Below are positions 30,346 through 39,677 of a stretch of DNA of 64,000 nt, in pieces. The position numbers and the translations under genes are program-made. The notes below the pieces were generated by a model. The model saw only the letters and a program-made list of their open reading frames with translations. It had not been told where the DNA came from and searched no databases. Positions within the stretch are counted from its first letter, which is position 1. Every line of letters begins with the position of its first letter. This DNA is from Chloroflexota bacterium (GTDB lineage Bacteria; Chloroflexota; Anaerolineae; B4-G1; SLSP01), in NCBI GenBank assembly GCA_034717835.1, contig JAYELZ010000256.1, positions 1,639 to 65,638 of the forward strand, read 5' to 3'.

Positions 30346-31851
30346 TTCTCGTGCTCTTAGATGTGGGTAGAGCAATACCTCGCGGATGGAGCTACGATCG
30401 GTGAAGAGCATCGCCAGCCGATCCACCCCTAGTCCAAAACCTCCGTTGGGCGGCATCCCGTATTTCATCGCGCGGAGGTAGTCTGCATCCAGAGGCTGGG
30501 CTTCTTCATCCCCGGCCTCACTGGCGCGACCTTGTTGTAAGAAGCGCTGTTCTTGTTCAAAGGGATCGTTGAGCTCCGTAAAGGCATTCCCCATTTCCAT
30601 CCCCCCAACGAAGAGCTCGAAGCGCTCGACGTGAGTGGGATCGTCTGATTTTTGCTTGGCTAGCGGTGAAATTTCCACCGGATAGTCGTGGACAAAGGTG
30701 GGCTGAATTAGTTCCGGTTCCACCGCCGAAAGTAAATTGTCCACCAAGTGCCCCCAGGTGGCGTCAGTGGCGGCTTCATAGCCCTGCGCGCGCAGCGTGG
30801 CACGAAGTGCGTCCGCTTCACGGTAGGCGGTGTAATCGATCCCCGTTCCTTGTTGGATGAGCTCGCGGAGCGAGATGCGCTGCCAGGGGGGGCGGAGGTC
30901 AATAGTGTGTCCCTGGTAGGGGAGCTGTTGAGTGCCCAAGACTTCCTGCGCCGCGTGTGAAAGCATTTGCTCGGCTGTGGTCATCATGCCGGAGAGATCG
31001 GTATAAGCGCAGTAGAGCTCTAATTGGGTGAACTCTGGGTTGTGTTTGTAGGAGACGCCTTCATTGCGGAAGTCGCGGCCAATTTCGTAGACCCGCTCGT
31101 ACATTCCTACCAACAGCCGCTTGAGATAGAGCTCAAAGGATATCCTGAGGAAGAGGTCTTGCTTGAGCTGGTTGTGGTAGGTGGTGAAGGGACGGGCGGC
31201 AGCGCCACCATAGACCGGTTGGAGAATAGGGGTTTCAACTTCCAGGTATTCTTCCTTATCTAGCCAGCTGCGCAACGCGCTAATCATGCGGGAGCGGATG
31301 CGGAAGATCTCCCGCACTTGAGGATTGGTCGCCAGATCAACATAGCGTTGCCGGTAACGTTCTTCTACATCGGAGAAGGCGCCATAACGGGTTACGTGAC
31401 CTTCCCCATCCTCATATTCTTTGGGCAGAGGCAAAGGGGTGATGGTTTTGCTGAGCATCCGGAGAGTTTGAACTCCCACGCTAATTTCTCCGGTGCGCGT
31501 GCGGAGCAAGGAGCCACTGGCTTCTATAAAATCGCCTAGATCAAAGGTCTTCTTAAAGAGCCGATAGCTTTCTTTAGCCATCTGGTTGGCACGTAGTAGG
31601 AGCTGGAGTTTGCCATGCCCATCTTCAAGGTGCGCAAAGGCAATTTTCCCCATTACTCGCTTGCCCACTAGCCGTCCTACTACGGTGACTGTGGGCGCGG
31701 GTAGTTGTGCGGCTTCACTTTCCTCATAGCTGCGCAGGGCCTCGGCGGTGGTATGGGTACGCGCTACGTGTTGAGGGTAGCCAGAGATGCCGGCAGCCTG
31801 TAGCTCACGCAATTTTTCTAGACGTTGCTGTTCTAGAGCATTTAATTTCAT
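30343..31851 (-). CDS. lysS: Lysine--tRNA ligase, class II
   Basis: About 500 aa with class II aaRS motifs (FRNEG, GGGIGIDRL-type GLGVDRLAML) and an N-terminal OB fold. The ATG at 31851 has an AGGGGA RBS. The ORF track extends to 31881. Confidence 0.9.
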   Translation of the reverse strand: MKLNALEQQRLEKLRELQAAGISGYPQHVARTHTTAEALRSYEESEAAQLPAPTVTVVGRLVGKRVMGKIAFAHLEDGHGKLQLLLRANQMAKESYRLFKKTFDLGDFIEASGSLLRTRTGEISVGVQTLRMLSKTITPLPLPKEYEDGEGHVTRYGAFSDVEERYRQRYVDLATNPQVREIFRIRSRMISALRSWLDKEEYLEVETPILQPVYGGAAARPFTTYHNQLKQDLFLRISFELYLKRLLVGMYERVYEIGRDFRNEGVSYKHNPEFTQLELYCAYTDLSGMMTTAEQMLSHAAQEVLGTQQLPYQGHTIDLRPPWQRISLRELIQQGTGIDYTAYREADALRATLRAQGYEAATDATWGHLVDNLLSAVEPELIQPTFVHDYPVEISPLAKQKSDDPTHVERFELFVGGMEMGNAFTELNDPFEQEQRFLQQGRASEAGDEEAQPLDADYLRAMKYGMPPNGGFGLGVDRLAMLFTDRSSIREVLLYPHLRARE

Positions 31852-31930
31852 CTTGTTTCCCCTTCTGCTGATATAAGACATCCGGTTTCTTTGAGAAATC
31901 GGATGTCTGGGTTAGCAATTAGTTATAGGG

Positions 31931-32401
31931 CTACGCAATGCTTAAAATATTGAAGATGATATCGCCATCGGGAGCCGCTACTATGGCTTGGTCGCCAATC
32001 TGCTTGTTCAACAAGGCCTCGCCTAAGGGCGACTCATTGGAAATTTTCCCATTCCGGGGATCAGCTTCGGCGGAACCGACTACGTGGTAAACTTCCGGGG
32101 TGGTAGTTCCCTCTTCTTCTATTGTAACGCGGCAGCCGACGATGACAATGTTATTATGAACTTCGTTTTCAATGAGAACTGCACGGCGGAGCTGGTGTTC
32201 GATGGTTTGAATTTGTCCCTCAATGAAGGATTGTTCGCGGAGGGCGTCCTCTAACTCAGCATTTTCAATCAGTTCTCCTTCTTCCAAGGCTTCATGCAAG
32301 CGCGCTGCTACTTCTCTACGCCGCACTTGGATTAGATGTTGAAGTTTATCTTTTAGCTCTGCATACCCTTCTTTGGTAATGTAGACTGGGCGTTGATTCA
32401 T
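31931..32401 (-). CDS. greA: Transcription elongation factor GreA
   Basis: 156 aa with an N-terminal coiled-coil and a C-terminal FKBP-like domain. Confidence 0.88.
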   Translation of the reverse strand: MNQRPVYITKEGYAELKDKLQHLIQVRRREVAARLHEALEEGELIENAELEDALREQSFIEGQIQTIEHQLRRAVLIENEVHNNIVIVGCRVTIEEEGTTTPEVYHVVGSAEADPRNGKISNESPLGEALLNKQIGDQAIVAAPDGDIIFNILSIA

Positions 32402-32638
32402 AAAATTTAATTTCTCCTTCCTAGAGGTTGCTGTGACATGTATTTGGATGATTTACCAACTTGGTCAAAGTGGTGAGGTGGTGAAATACAAAAAACCCGA
32501 GAGTGCCATTGTGGCGCTCACAGGTAAATGGATAATACCATAGGTTGAATCTTTGTAAAGTTGATGGCGAATAAAATGTACTTAGTTGGAGCGGTTTGGT
32601 CATTGTTCAACCGCTATTTTTCGTTTCTCGGAGGGTTG

Positions 32639-33844
32639 CTATTCTGGCCTGCTGGGTGTCTGACAGGGGAGGGCGAAAGCAAAAGTGCTCCCTTGGCCTA
32701 GCTCACTTACGGCCCAAATGCGGCCGTGATGCGCAGTGATAATTTGACGGGAGATATGAAGTCCCAGCCCAGAGCCAACCGCGCGTTCTTCACTGCCGGG
32801 CAGCCGGGAGAATTTCTGGAAGAGGAGGGCGAGATGCTCTTGCGAGATGCCCTCTCCATGATCGGCGACGCTTACTATTACCTCGCCAGCTTGTACTTCG
32901 CAAGTTACATCGATAATGGTCTGTGGAGCCGCGTATTTGACGGCATTGGAGAGAAAGTTGAGTAGCACTTGTCCAATCCGTTGGGCGTCTCCAGTTACCA
33001 GCGGTAATTTCTCAGAGCAGGTTTGGTTAATTTGCATGTCGCGTTGAGCGGCGCGCGGCAGGATTACGTTGACGGCCTGGGAGATAATAGCAGGAAAGGA
33101 GAGTTCGCTCTTTTTCATGGTTACGCGCCCAGATTCCAGCTGTGCCAGATCTAAGAATTGATTGATCAGTGCTCCTACTCGCTCCGCTTCTTGTTGGATG
33201 ATTTGAATGAATTGTATACTTAGTTCGTGGTTAAGATTGGGGCGTTCTAACAAATCTGCATAAGAGAGGATGGAGGTCAACGGCGTGCGTATCTCGTGGA
33301 CAATTTCGGCAATCCAGTCATTTTGTTGGAAGAGGCGCGCATTTTGCACGGCCACCGCGGCGATGTTGGCTAACGTCTCCAAAGTTTCTACGTCTTGTAG
33401 CGTAAAATGGTGAGTTTGTTGGTGTGTTAGGACTTCCAGCACCCCGATAATTTGGGAGCCAAAAGGCATCGGCACGGCGATGATGGAACGGACCTCGCTA
33501 TTCAGGGGGAGATTATACATGCGCGGGTCAGACTCCGCATCCTCCACGATAGCAGTCTGTTTTTGTTGGATTACCCAACCGGCCAGACTACCCGTGATGG
33601 GAACTTCGGCGCTTTCTAGCACCGAGGTTTTGGGCCCACAAGAGGCGGCGAAACGTAAGGAGTTCTCGCTATCCATCAGCAAGATCGAAGCCGCCCCAGC
33701 CGCGGTCATGTCGCGCGCAGATTCGACGATGCGCAGTAATAGCGGTCGCATTTCTAGGGTGGAGTTGAGCTGCCGGCTGATAGCAAGTATTTGTTCCAGG
33801 GTATTGATTCTCTGTCGCAGTACAGATGCTTCCGATGAATTCAT
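32639..33844 (-). CDS. Cytoplasmic GAF-domain sensor histidine kinase
   Basis: GAF domain, then HisKA (HEIRTPLTSI) and HATPase_c (N, G1, G2 boxes). No TM segments. Confidence 0.8.
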   Translation of the reverse strand: MNSSEASVLRQRINTLEQILAISRQLNSTLEMRPLLLRIVESARDMTAAGAASILLMDSENSLRFAASCGPKTSVLESAEVPITGSLAGWVIQQKQTAIVEDAESDPRMYNLPLNSEVRSIIAVPMPFGSQIIGVLEVLTHQQTHHFTLQDVETLETLANIAAVAVQNARLFQQNDWIAEIVHEIRTPLTSILSYADLLERPNLNHELSIQFIQIIQQEAERVGALINQFLDLAQLESGRVTMKKSELSFPAIISQAVNVILPRAAQRDMQINQTCSEKLPLVTGDAQRIGQVLLNFLSNAVKYAAPQTIIDVTCEVQAGEVIVSVADHGEGISQEHLALLFQKFSRLPGSEERAVGSGLGLHISRQIITAHHGRIWAVSELGQGSTFAFALPCQTPSRPE

Positions 33845-33896
33845 AAATTCCCTTTGATTATTCCCCAGCGTAAGGGATGAAGAAAATTGGATTAGG

Positions 33897-35036
33897 TTAC
33901 AATTGTTTTAGTATGTCGTCAACTAGCATTTTGACCTGTTTTGAGATTAAGCTGGCGGGGCGGCTGACCACCATTGGCCGGTGGGTAGTCCAACTTTCCT
34001 GTGCTAAATCTGGTGAGGGGGGAATATTTCCCAGGATGTCTTGATGCAGTTGCGCTTTGATCTGCTCTCGAGTGACTGCGGAGGCCGCCCGGGCACGGTA
34101 GACAAGCTCCAGTTTAATTCTATTTTCTTCGATGTTCAATATCTGTAGTTGGTGGAGCATTTTTTCGGCGAGTTTAAGCGTGATATTATCTGGCGCTAGG
34201 GTGAGTAAAATGTAATCGGCTTGCTGGAGGAGTTCATTGACTGGGGGCGCAACAGATGGCGGCAGATCAAAGAGTAGATAATCATAGTGCTTTTTCAAGA
34301 GCGTGTGCAAGGAAGCGACGGAATCCCGAGTTAGGAGAGGGGTCGTGCCCGTCGGTGCAGCCGTGGCCGGGAGAAGGCGTAATTCGGCAGAGTGGGAGAG
34401 CATTTGATCTTCTAGGGCGTTTAGGGTTAGTCGTGTAGATTCTTGTGCGAGCAATTTTTGCAAGTTCCTATCTGTTGCCTGTCCCATTTGTAGAGCCAGC
34501 GATCCACTACCATTTTTTAATTCCACTAGAATAACTTTTTTCTCAGGCACTTCGCTGCTGAGGGTAATGGCTGTATTGAGCGCCAGAGTACTGTTTCCGG
34601 TGCCGCCTTTGACCGGCAGGAAGGTGATGACTTTGCCGCGTGTGCGGGTTAATTCTTGTTGCCGGGCGGTACGTTGCAGCAGCGCTTCCACACGGGTCGT
34701 CAACTCGGCGGGGTGAATGGGTTTAGTAATGTAATCATCTGCTCCAGATTGAAACCCCTTGATCTTGTCCGCCAGAGTGCTCTTGGCGGTGAATAAGAGG
34801 ATGGGAATGTTGGCAGTTTGAGGATTCCCGCGTAATTCTTGGGTTACCTTGTACCCGTCCATTTGGGGCATCATCACATCCAGGACGATAAGATCAGGTG
34901 GTGTTTCTGTGATACTGGCCAATCCTTGTTTCCCTGAAGATGCGGCTTGGATGACATACCCTTTGCGCTCCAACATCAAACCGATTAAGCGTAAGGCTTC
35001 CAGATCATCATCTATAATTAAGACGTTGTATGACAT
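33897..35036 (-). CDS. Response-regulator receiver domain fused to a MinD/ParA-like ATPase domain with a degenerate Walker A (KGGTGNST)
   Basis: The REC domain has DD, D53 (LIVLDVMMP), T (TAKS) and K (KP). The C-terminal half is MinD/CpaE-like (VKGGTGNSTLALN), and the signature lysine of KGGxGK[ST] is replaced by N. Confidence 0.75.
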   Translation of the reverse strand: MSYNVLIIDDDLEALRLIGLMLERKGYVIQAASSGKQGLASITETPPDLIVLDVMMPQMDGYKVTQELRGNPQTANIPILLFTAKSTLADKIKGFQSGADDYITKPIHPAELTTRVEALLQRTARQQELTRTRGKVITFLPVKGGTGNSTLALNTAITLSSEVPEKKVILVELKNGSGSLALQMGQATDRNLQKLLAQESTRLTLNALEDQMLSHSAELRLLPATAAPTGTTPLLTRDSVASLHTLLKKHYDYLLFDLPPSVAPPVNELLQQADYILLTLAPDNITLKLAEKMLHQLQILNIEENRIKLELVYRARAASAVTREQIKAQLHQDILGNIPPSPDLAQESWTTHRPMVVSRPASLISKQVKMLVDDILKQL

Positions 35037-35395
35037 GGGGTAGTCTCCCCGGTTGCTGTTTCGTGGTTAGATTCTCTGGAACAGATTATACGCTTAAGAG
35101 AGCAAAACTTCAAGGTGGCTAATTAGTTTCCTGAAGGTTTCTGTAGTGAGATGTTCTTTTTTATGGAAGAGGCATAGTGCAGCTATTGTTATTCCATGTA
35201 TGTTTAGGGCATTTCTAACCAAAAGTAGCATGAGGGAGTTTTGGGGATAGAATAGTTTATATTCAGTTGTGTAGTTGCCAATCTTATCTTTCCGATGTAT
35301 TATGAAGGGAAGTTTTGGGAAGAGTCCATGTATAGCAATGGTTGGGTAAGCTATCCTTTTTTAGATTCATGCTGACATCCCAACAGGTGTGCTCT

Positions 35396-38300
35396 ATGGG
35401 TATTAAGTTTGAAATTTGGCGGCAACCAGGACAATTCTCATTGATGTTCCCAGAGTCTTGGGTGGGTTTCATTTTGATGGGCCTTTACTTGGTTCTGGGG
35501 GTGGGGTTTCTATTTGCGCGGCGCAATGATTTCAAGCGTATGGATCTCAAAGCCTGGTTCATTTTTGTTGTGACTCTCTTCCTGCTCTTGCCGGCCAGTG
35601 CCGGTTTGATTGTCTCGCGGTCAGTGGGAGGGGTGCTGTTGATTGTTCCGGTTACTGTGTTGCGCTCTCCCCCCACACTTTCTCTTGTGGCGTTATTGAT
35701 AGTAAGTGCGCTTAGCCTGTGGTGGGGGCCGGGACCGGGAGCGGTTGCCGGCTTTTTGGCGGGGGTGGCGAGTGCTTGGGTTTCTCCGCAAATTCTGGTT
35801 GACACTTTTGCCTGGGCGGTTTGGGGTATGTTGTTGGGAGAGCTCTGGCAGCAGCCTTATCAGGGCAGTCTTTTTGATATTTTACGTTTACCGTCGGTTG
35901 TTCCGGTGGGAGCTGCTTTAGCTCCTTTGATATTGCTCAGTTTCAATCGTTTAGTTGAATCTATGTCTCTGGGCACGCTGCTGGTTGTTGATTATGCAGT
36001 TGCTCCTTTTCGTGATGCGGGGTTACTCTGGCTGTTGAGTGGCTTGGCAGTGGGAATTATTTTCACAGTGCTCTTCTGGCTGTGGCCCGACATTCGTCCG
36101 GTGCAACGTTCGGACATAATCTCTCTCTTCCGGCGTTCATTACGCGCACGTTTAATGATTGCATTGGTACCGCTCCTGGTGTTGAGTATTGTCTTCTCGA
36201 TTATGGCTGTTACCCAGCAGGCGCTCTCACTCGCTCGCCAACAAGCCTTGGGGGAGATGGCGCGGAGCGCTGATACCGCGGCTAGCGGTATCGCTAATTT
36301 TTACTACACCGGTTCCAATTTGCTGGAGGAATTCTCTGTCGCTCCAGCTCTGCGTGAACCAGATACCCGCGCGGCAGTCTTGCAAACCGATCGTCGAGTA
36401 GTGCCTTTCTTCCAAGAAATGCTCCTGGTGGATGCTGACGGCGCAGTAGTAGTTTCTGTCCCCCCCGATATCCCTGTGCCTCCGCTGACGGCGGAGGAAC
36501 AGGAACTGATAGCACAAGCCTTAGACTTTGGCATGTCACGCTCTACGCATGTGACGGCTCTTCCTGGTGGCGAACAACGACTGACATTCATCCATCCCCT
36601 TTTGGAGGGGGATGTCGCTGTCGGTGCAATTCTGGGGCGGGTGGATTTTAGCATCAACCCTAGTACCAAGCGCGTTCTAGAGACCTTACAGGGCACTCGC
36701 GGCGAGGGAACCGGTTTTATCTTGGATGATCGGAATGTAATCATTGCTTATCCCGATCCCCGTGTTGTGTTGCGCCCGTGGAAACCAAGTGAGAATGTAG
36801 TCTCATATCCAATGGAAAATGGCGCAGCGTATGAAGATGTCGGCCCAGATGGGAATCGAGTGTTGGTGTATCTGCGCGAAGTAGTGCGCGGGATTACAAT
36901 GGTGATTCGCTTGCCCTTCACGGTGGTTTTAGAGGCGGCGGCTTTTATCTCTAATCCTTTGCTGTACGTGCAATTGGGCACCGGCATTTTGTTGGCTTTG
37001 ATCTTGTCCTTGTTGGCCGCGCGCATTACCCGCCCGCTGGAGGCGCTCTCTGAGGCAACTCATCAAATCGAACAAGGGAATTTGGAAACCCCGGTGCATA
37101 TCTCTGGCGAAGACGAGGTGGCGCGATTGGGGAGCTCTTTCGAGTTGATGCGACGCCGTTTGCGTGACCGGTTGAATGATCTCTCACTTCTCTTGCAAGT
37201 TTCGCAGTCTGTTTCTGCAACTTTGGAATTGAAGGAAGGGGTTCCGTTAATTCTGGAAGGTATATTGGCGGAGACTCAGGCGGTTGTCGCTCGTTTAGTA
37301 GTTTTGAAGAGCGATGAGTACTCTCAACAGCTATTCTCGGTGGGAGCAGAGCATGAGACATTCGCACAACTAGATAAGGCTATCATTATAGCCTTGCAGC
37401 GCCGCCACGAGCCGTTGGTGAGCCAATATCTGCGGCGAGAAAATATCATGCCGGCGCTCAACGATGTCTTGCGCAGTTTGGTCGCTTTCCCGGTGCGGAT
37501 TCACCAGCAGATGGTCGCGGTGATGTGGGTGGGCGCTAGTGAGCCGGCGGCCTTTGACGAGGCCCGTATGAATTTCCTCAACACGCTGGTAAGTCAAGCC
37601 GCGGTTTTGGTGGAGAACACGCGGCTCTTCCAGGCAGCAGAGGGAGGGCGCCAACGCTTAGCTGCCATTTTGTCCAGCACTACGGACGCTATCTTGGTCA
37701 CGGATCAAGAACAGCAGCTGCTATTGATCAACCCGGCTGCACAGCGTATCTTGAAGTTGAGCGAACTGGCTTATGGGCGTCCAGTGGCACAATTGGAGCA
37801 GATTCCCGCCCAACTTAAAGAGGTGCTAGTCCGCCCGTATGATAAACCGGCGGCTTCTCCGACTGTAGAGGTTGAATTGTCGGATGGAAGAGTATTTGTG
37901 GCTAGCGTGGCGCCTGTCAAGAGTCTCTCTGAGATTGAAAATGGTAGTCGGGTGGTGGTGCTACGGGACGTGACGCATTTCAAAGAATTAGATGAGATGA
38001 AGACCGAGTTTGTGTCCACCGTCTCCCATGATTTACGTGCCCCGCTTACTTTTATTCAAGGTTATACGAGCATGTTGACGATGGTGGGGCAGCTGAACGA
38101 TAAGCAGCAAGAGTACATGCAGCGGATTCTAAAGGGGATTGAGCAGATGAAAGACCTGATTGATGATCTGCTCAATCTACGTCGGATCGAGGCCGGAGTG
38201 GGGATTGTCACCGAGCCGTGTCGCTTGGGGTTGGTGATGTTGGAAGCAGTGAGTTCTATGCGCGCACGGGCGGTGGAGAAAGGCATCTCATTGCATTTGG

Positions 38301-38689
38301 AGCCTTCCGAAGGTACGTATTCTGTCATGGGAGATCGTATTCTGCTCCGTCAAGTTATCAGCAATTTGATCGATAATGCCATCAAATATACCTCAGCTGC
38401 AGGAGAGGTACGCCTTGGACTAGTGGCCAACGAGCGCGATGCAGAGGTAGTGCTACACGTCACCGATACCGGGATGGGGATCTCGGTGGAGGAGCAGCTC
38501 CGGCTTTTTGAGAAATTCTATCGCATAAAGCGGCGGGAAACCACCAGCATCCCCGGGACTGGATTGGGATTAGCGTTAGTCAAATCGATTGTGGGCCGGC
38601 ACGGAGGGCGCGTCTGGGTAGATAGCAAACTTAATGAGGGAGCCACCTTTTTTGTAGCGTTGCCTATGGTATTAGCTGCGGAAACGTAG
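35396..38689 (+). CDS. Large multi-domain membrane sensor histidine kinase (polytopic N-terminus, HAMP, GAF, PAS, HisKA, HATPase_c)
   Basis: About 8 predicted TM helices over the first 300 aa, a HAMP (...EDEVARLGSSFELMRRRL), a GAF, a PAS (TDAILVTDQEQQLLLINPAAQRIL), then H-box STVSHDLRAPLT and ATPase boxes. The start is uncertain: the ORF track's TTG 35342 or ATG 35396. Confidence 0.8.
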   Translation: MGIKFEIWRQPGQFSLMFPESWVGFILMGLYLVLGVGFLFARRNDFKRMDLKAWFIFVVTLFLLLPASAGLIVSRSVGGVLLIVPVTVLRSPPTLSLVALLIVSALSLWWGPGPGAVAGFLAGVASAWVSPQILVDTFAWAVWGMLLGELWQQPYQGSLFDILRLPSVVPVGAALAPLILLSFNRLVESMSLGTLLVVDYAVAPFRDAGLLWLLSGLAVGIIFTVLFWLWPDIRPVQRSDIISLFRRSLRARLMIALVPLLVLSIVFSIMAVTQQALSLARQQALGEMARSADTAASGIANFYYTGSNLLEEFSVAPALREPDTRAAVLQTDRRVVPFFQEMLLVDADGAVVVSVPPDIPVPPLTAEEQELIAQALDFGMSRSTHVTALPGGEQRLTFIHPLLEGDVAVGAILGRVDFSINPSTKRVLETLQGTRGEGTGFILDDRNVIIAYPDPRVVLRPWKPSENVVSYPMENGAAYEDVGPDGNRVLVYLREVVRGITMVIRLPFTVVLEAAAFISNPLLYVQLGTGILLALILSLLAARITRPLEALSEATHQIEQGNLETPVHISGEDEVARLGSSFELMRRRLRDRLNDLSLLLQVSQSVSATLELKEGVPLILEGILAETQAVVARLVVLKSDEYSQQLFSVGAEHETFAQLDKAIIIALQRRHEPLVSQYLRRENIMPALNDVLRSLVAFPVRIHQQMVAVMWVGASEPAAFDEARMNFLNTLVSQAAVLVENTRLFQAAEGGRQRLAAILSSTTDAILVTDQEQQLLLINPAAQRILKLSELAYGRPVAQLEQIPAQLKEVLVRPYDKPAASPTVEVELSDGRVFVASVAPVKSLSEIENGSRVVVLRDVTHFKELDEMKTEFVSTVSHDLRAPLTFIQGYTSMLTMVGQLNDKQQEYMQRILKGIEQMKDLIDDLLNLRRIEAGVGIVTEPCRLGLVMLEAVSSMRARAVEKGISLHLEPSEGTYSVMGDRILLRQVISNLIDNAIKYTSAAGEVRLGLVANERDAEVVLHVTDTGMGISVEEQLRLFEKFYRIKRRETTSIPGTGLGLALVKSIVGRHGGRVWVDSKLNEGATFFVALPMVLAAET

Positions 38690-38710
38690 CTTAGAGTGAG
38701 GTCAATTGCA

Positions 38711-38758
38711 CCCGTCAACCGTTGGTATTTTGCTAGCGGCTGACGGGTTTTGGTTTTT
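38711..38758. terminator. Bidirectional terminator between the convergent kinase gene and the P-loop gene
   Basis: CCCGTCAaccg...cggcTGACGGG followed by TTTTGGTTTTT. Confidence 0.6.
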
Positions 38759-38773
38759 AAGTATGAGGGATGT

Positions 38774-39499
38774 TTACCGTGCTCGGTAGCGTTCCCAGAG
38801 GGTGGATAATGTCTTCTCTAGACGTTCGCCTAGGGCTGCTCCCCGTGGCGTGGTGACATCATCCTCGTTTTCGAAAACGGCGTAAGGCATTCGCGTTCCT
38901 TTGATGGTTAGATATTGCGTAGCGTCCCCCTTGACAGTTTCCCAATCATCCTCACGGTAGAGCCGCTCAAGTTTTTCATCGCTCAAGCTATGCTCCAGGA
39001 GGCTGTCGGGGCGTGCTGGATTGGCGCGGGCGCGATTCTTGCGTAGAGATTCCGCGTAGGAGACATGGACATACAGCAAACTCCCGTGTTGCAAAATTTG
39101 GGGGGAGAGGTGTTGGTAAGCGGCTTGATATCCTCCGTGTTCCGTGCCGCGCGAGAACTCTATCAGCGTAGTATATTGCTGCTGATAACGAGGGTGGTCG
39201 CGTAGGCGTTTGTCATACTCCAGTCCCAGGCGTTCAATTAACAAATGCCAGAAGTATTCCTCTTTGAAATAACCTTGCGCATCGCTGTGCAAACGGGGGT
39301 ATCCCCTGCGGTTGAGCAGGGCGTCTTCCTCGAACCAGGTCCAGAGCAGGGGGAAATCATCAATGCTATCTAGCTTGCCGACATGGAAACGGGATTGGCG
39401 TTCCGCCAGCGGGGTCTTGGTTAAATAGTCAATAATTTCACTCTTGCCGGCGCCTGGCCGAGCATTGAGTATCAATATGGGAAAGATGTTGGAATTCAT
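38774..39499 (-). CDS. P-loop (Walker A GAGKS) kinase-like protein of unassigned family
   Basis: N-terminal ILILNARPGAGKSEII. 241 aa with no TM segments. Confidence 0.5.
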   Translation of the reverse strand: MNSNIFPILILNARPGAGKSEIIDYLTKTPLAERQSRFHVGKLDSIDDFPLLWTWFEEDALLNRRGYPRLHSDAQGYFKEEYFWHLLIERLGLEYDKRLRDHPRYQQQYTTLIEFSRGTEHGGYQAAYQHLSPQILQHGSLLYVHVSYAESLRKNRARANPARPDSLLEHSLSDEKLERLYREDDWETVKGDATQYLTIKGTRMPYAVFENEDDVTTPRGAALGERLEKTLSTLWERYRAR

Positions 39500-39523
39500 T
39501 AGTTTCTCCTTTGAAAATAAGTC

Positions 39524-39556
39524 TAAAGTTGCCAGTCAAAAGTCTAAAGTTTGCTG
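39524..39556. repeat. Two copies of the 12-nt direct repeat AAGTCTAAAGTT flanking a TTGACT-like hexamer in the promoter region of the P-loop gene
   Basis: aAAGTCTAAAGTTgccagtcaaAAGTCTAAAGTTt, and a 7-bp palindrome TGCTGCA...TGCAGCA at 39559-39593. Confidence 0.45.
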
Positions 39557-39677
39557 CAAAACCCAGGCGTTCGCGTTAGTGCAGCATTTTTGTGGTTGTT
39601 GGTGTAAGATATGTAGCCGGATGGAGGGGGTGAGTCTACGGCAAAAAGCAAAAATTTCACCGCAGGACATAGAGGGC

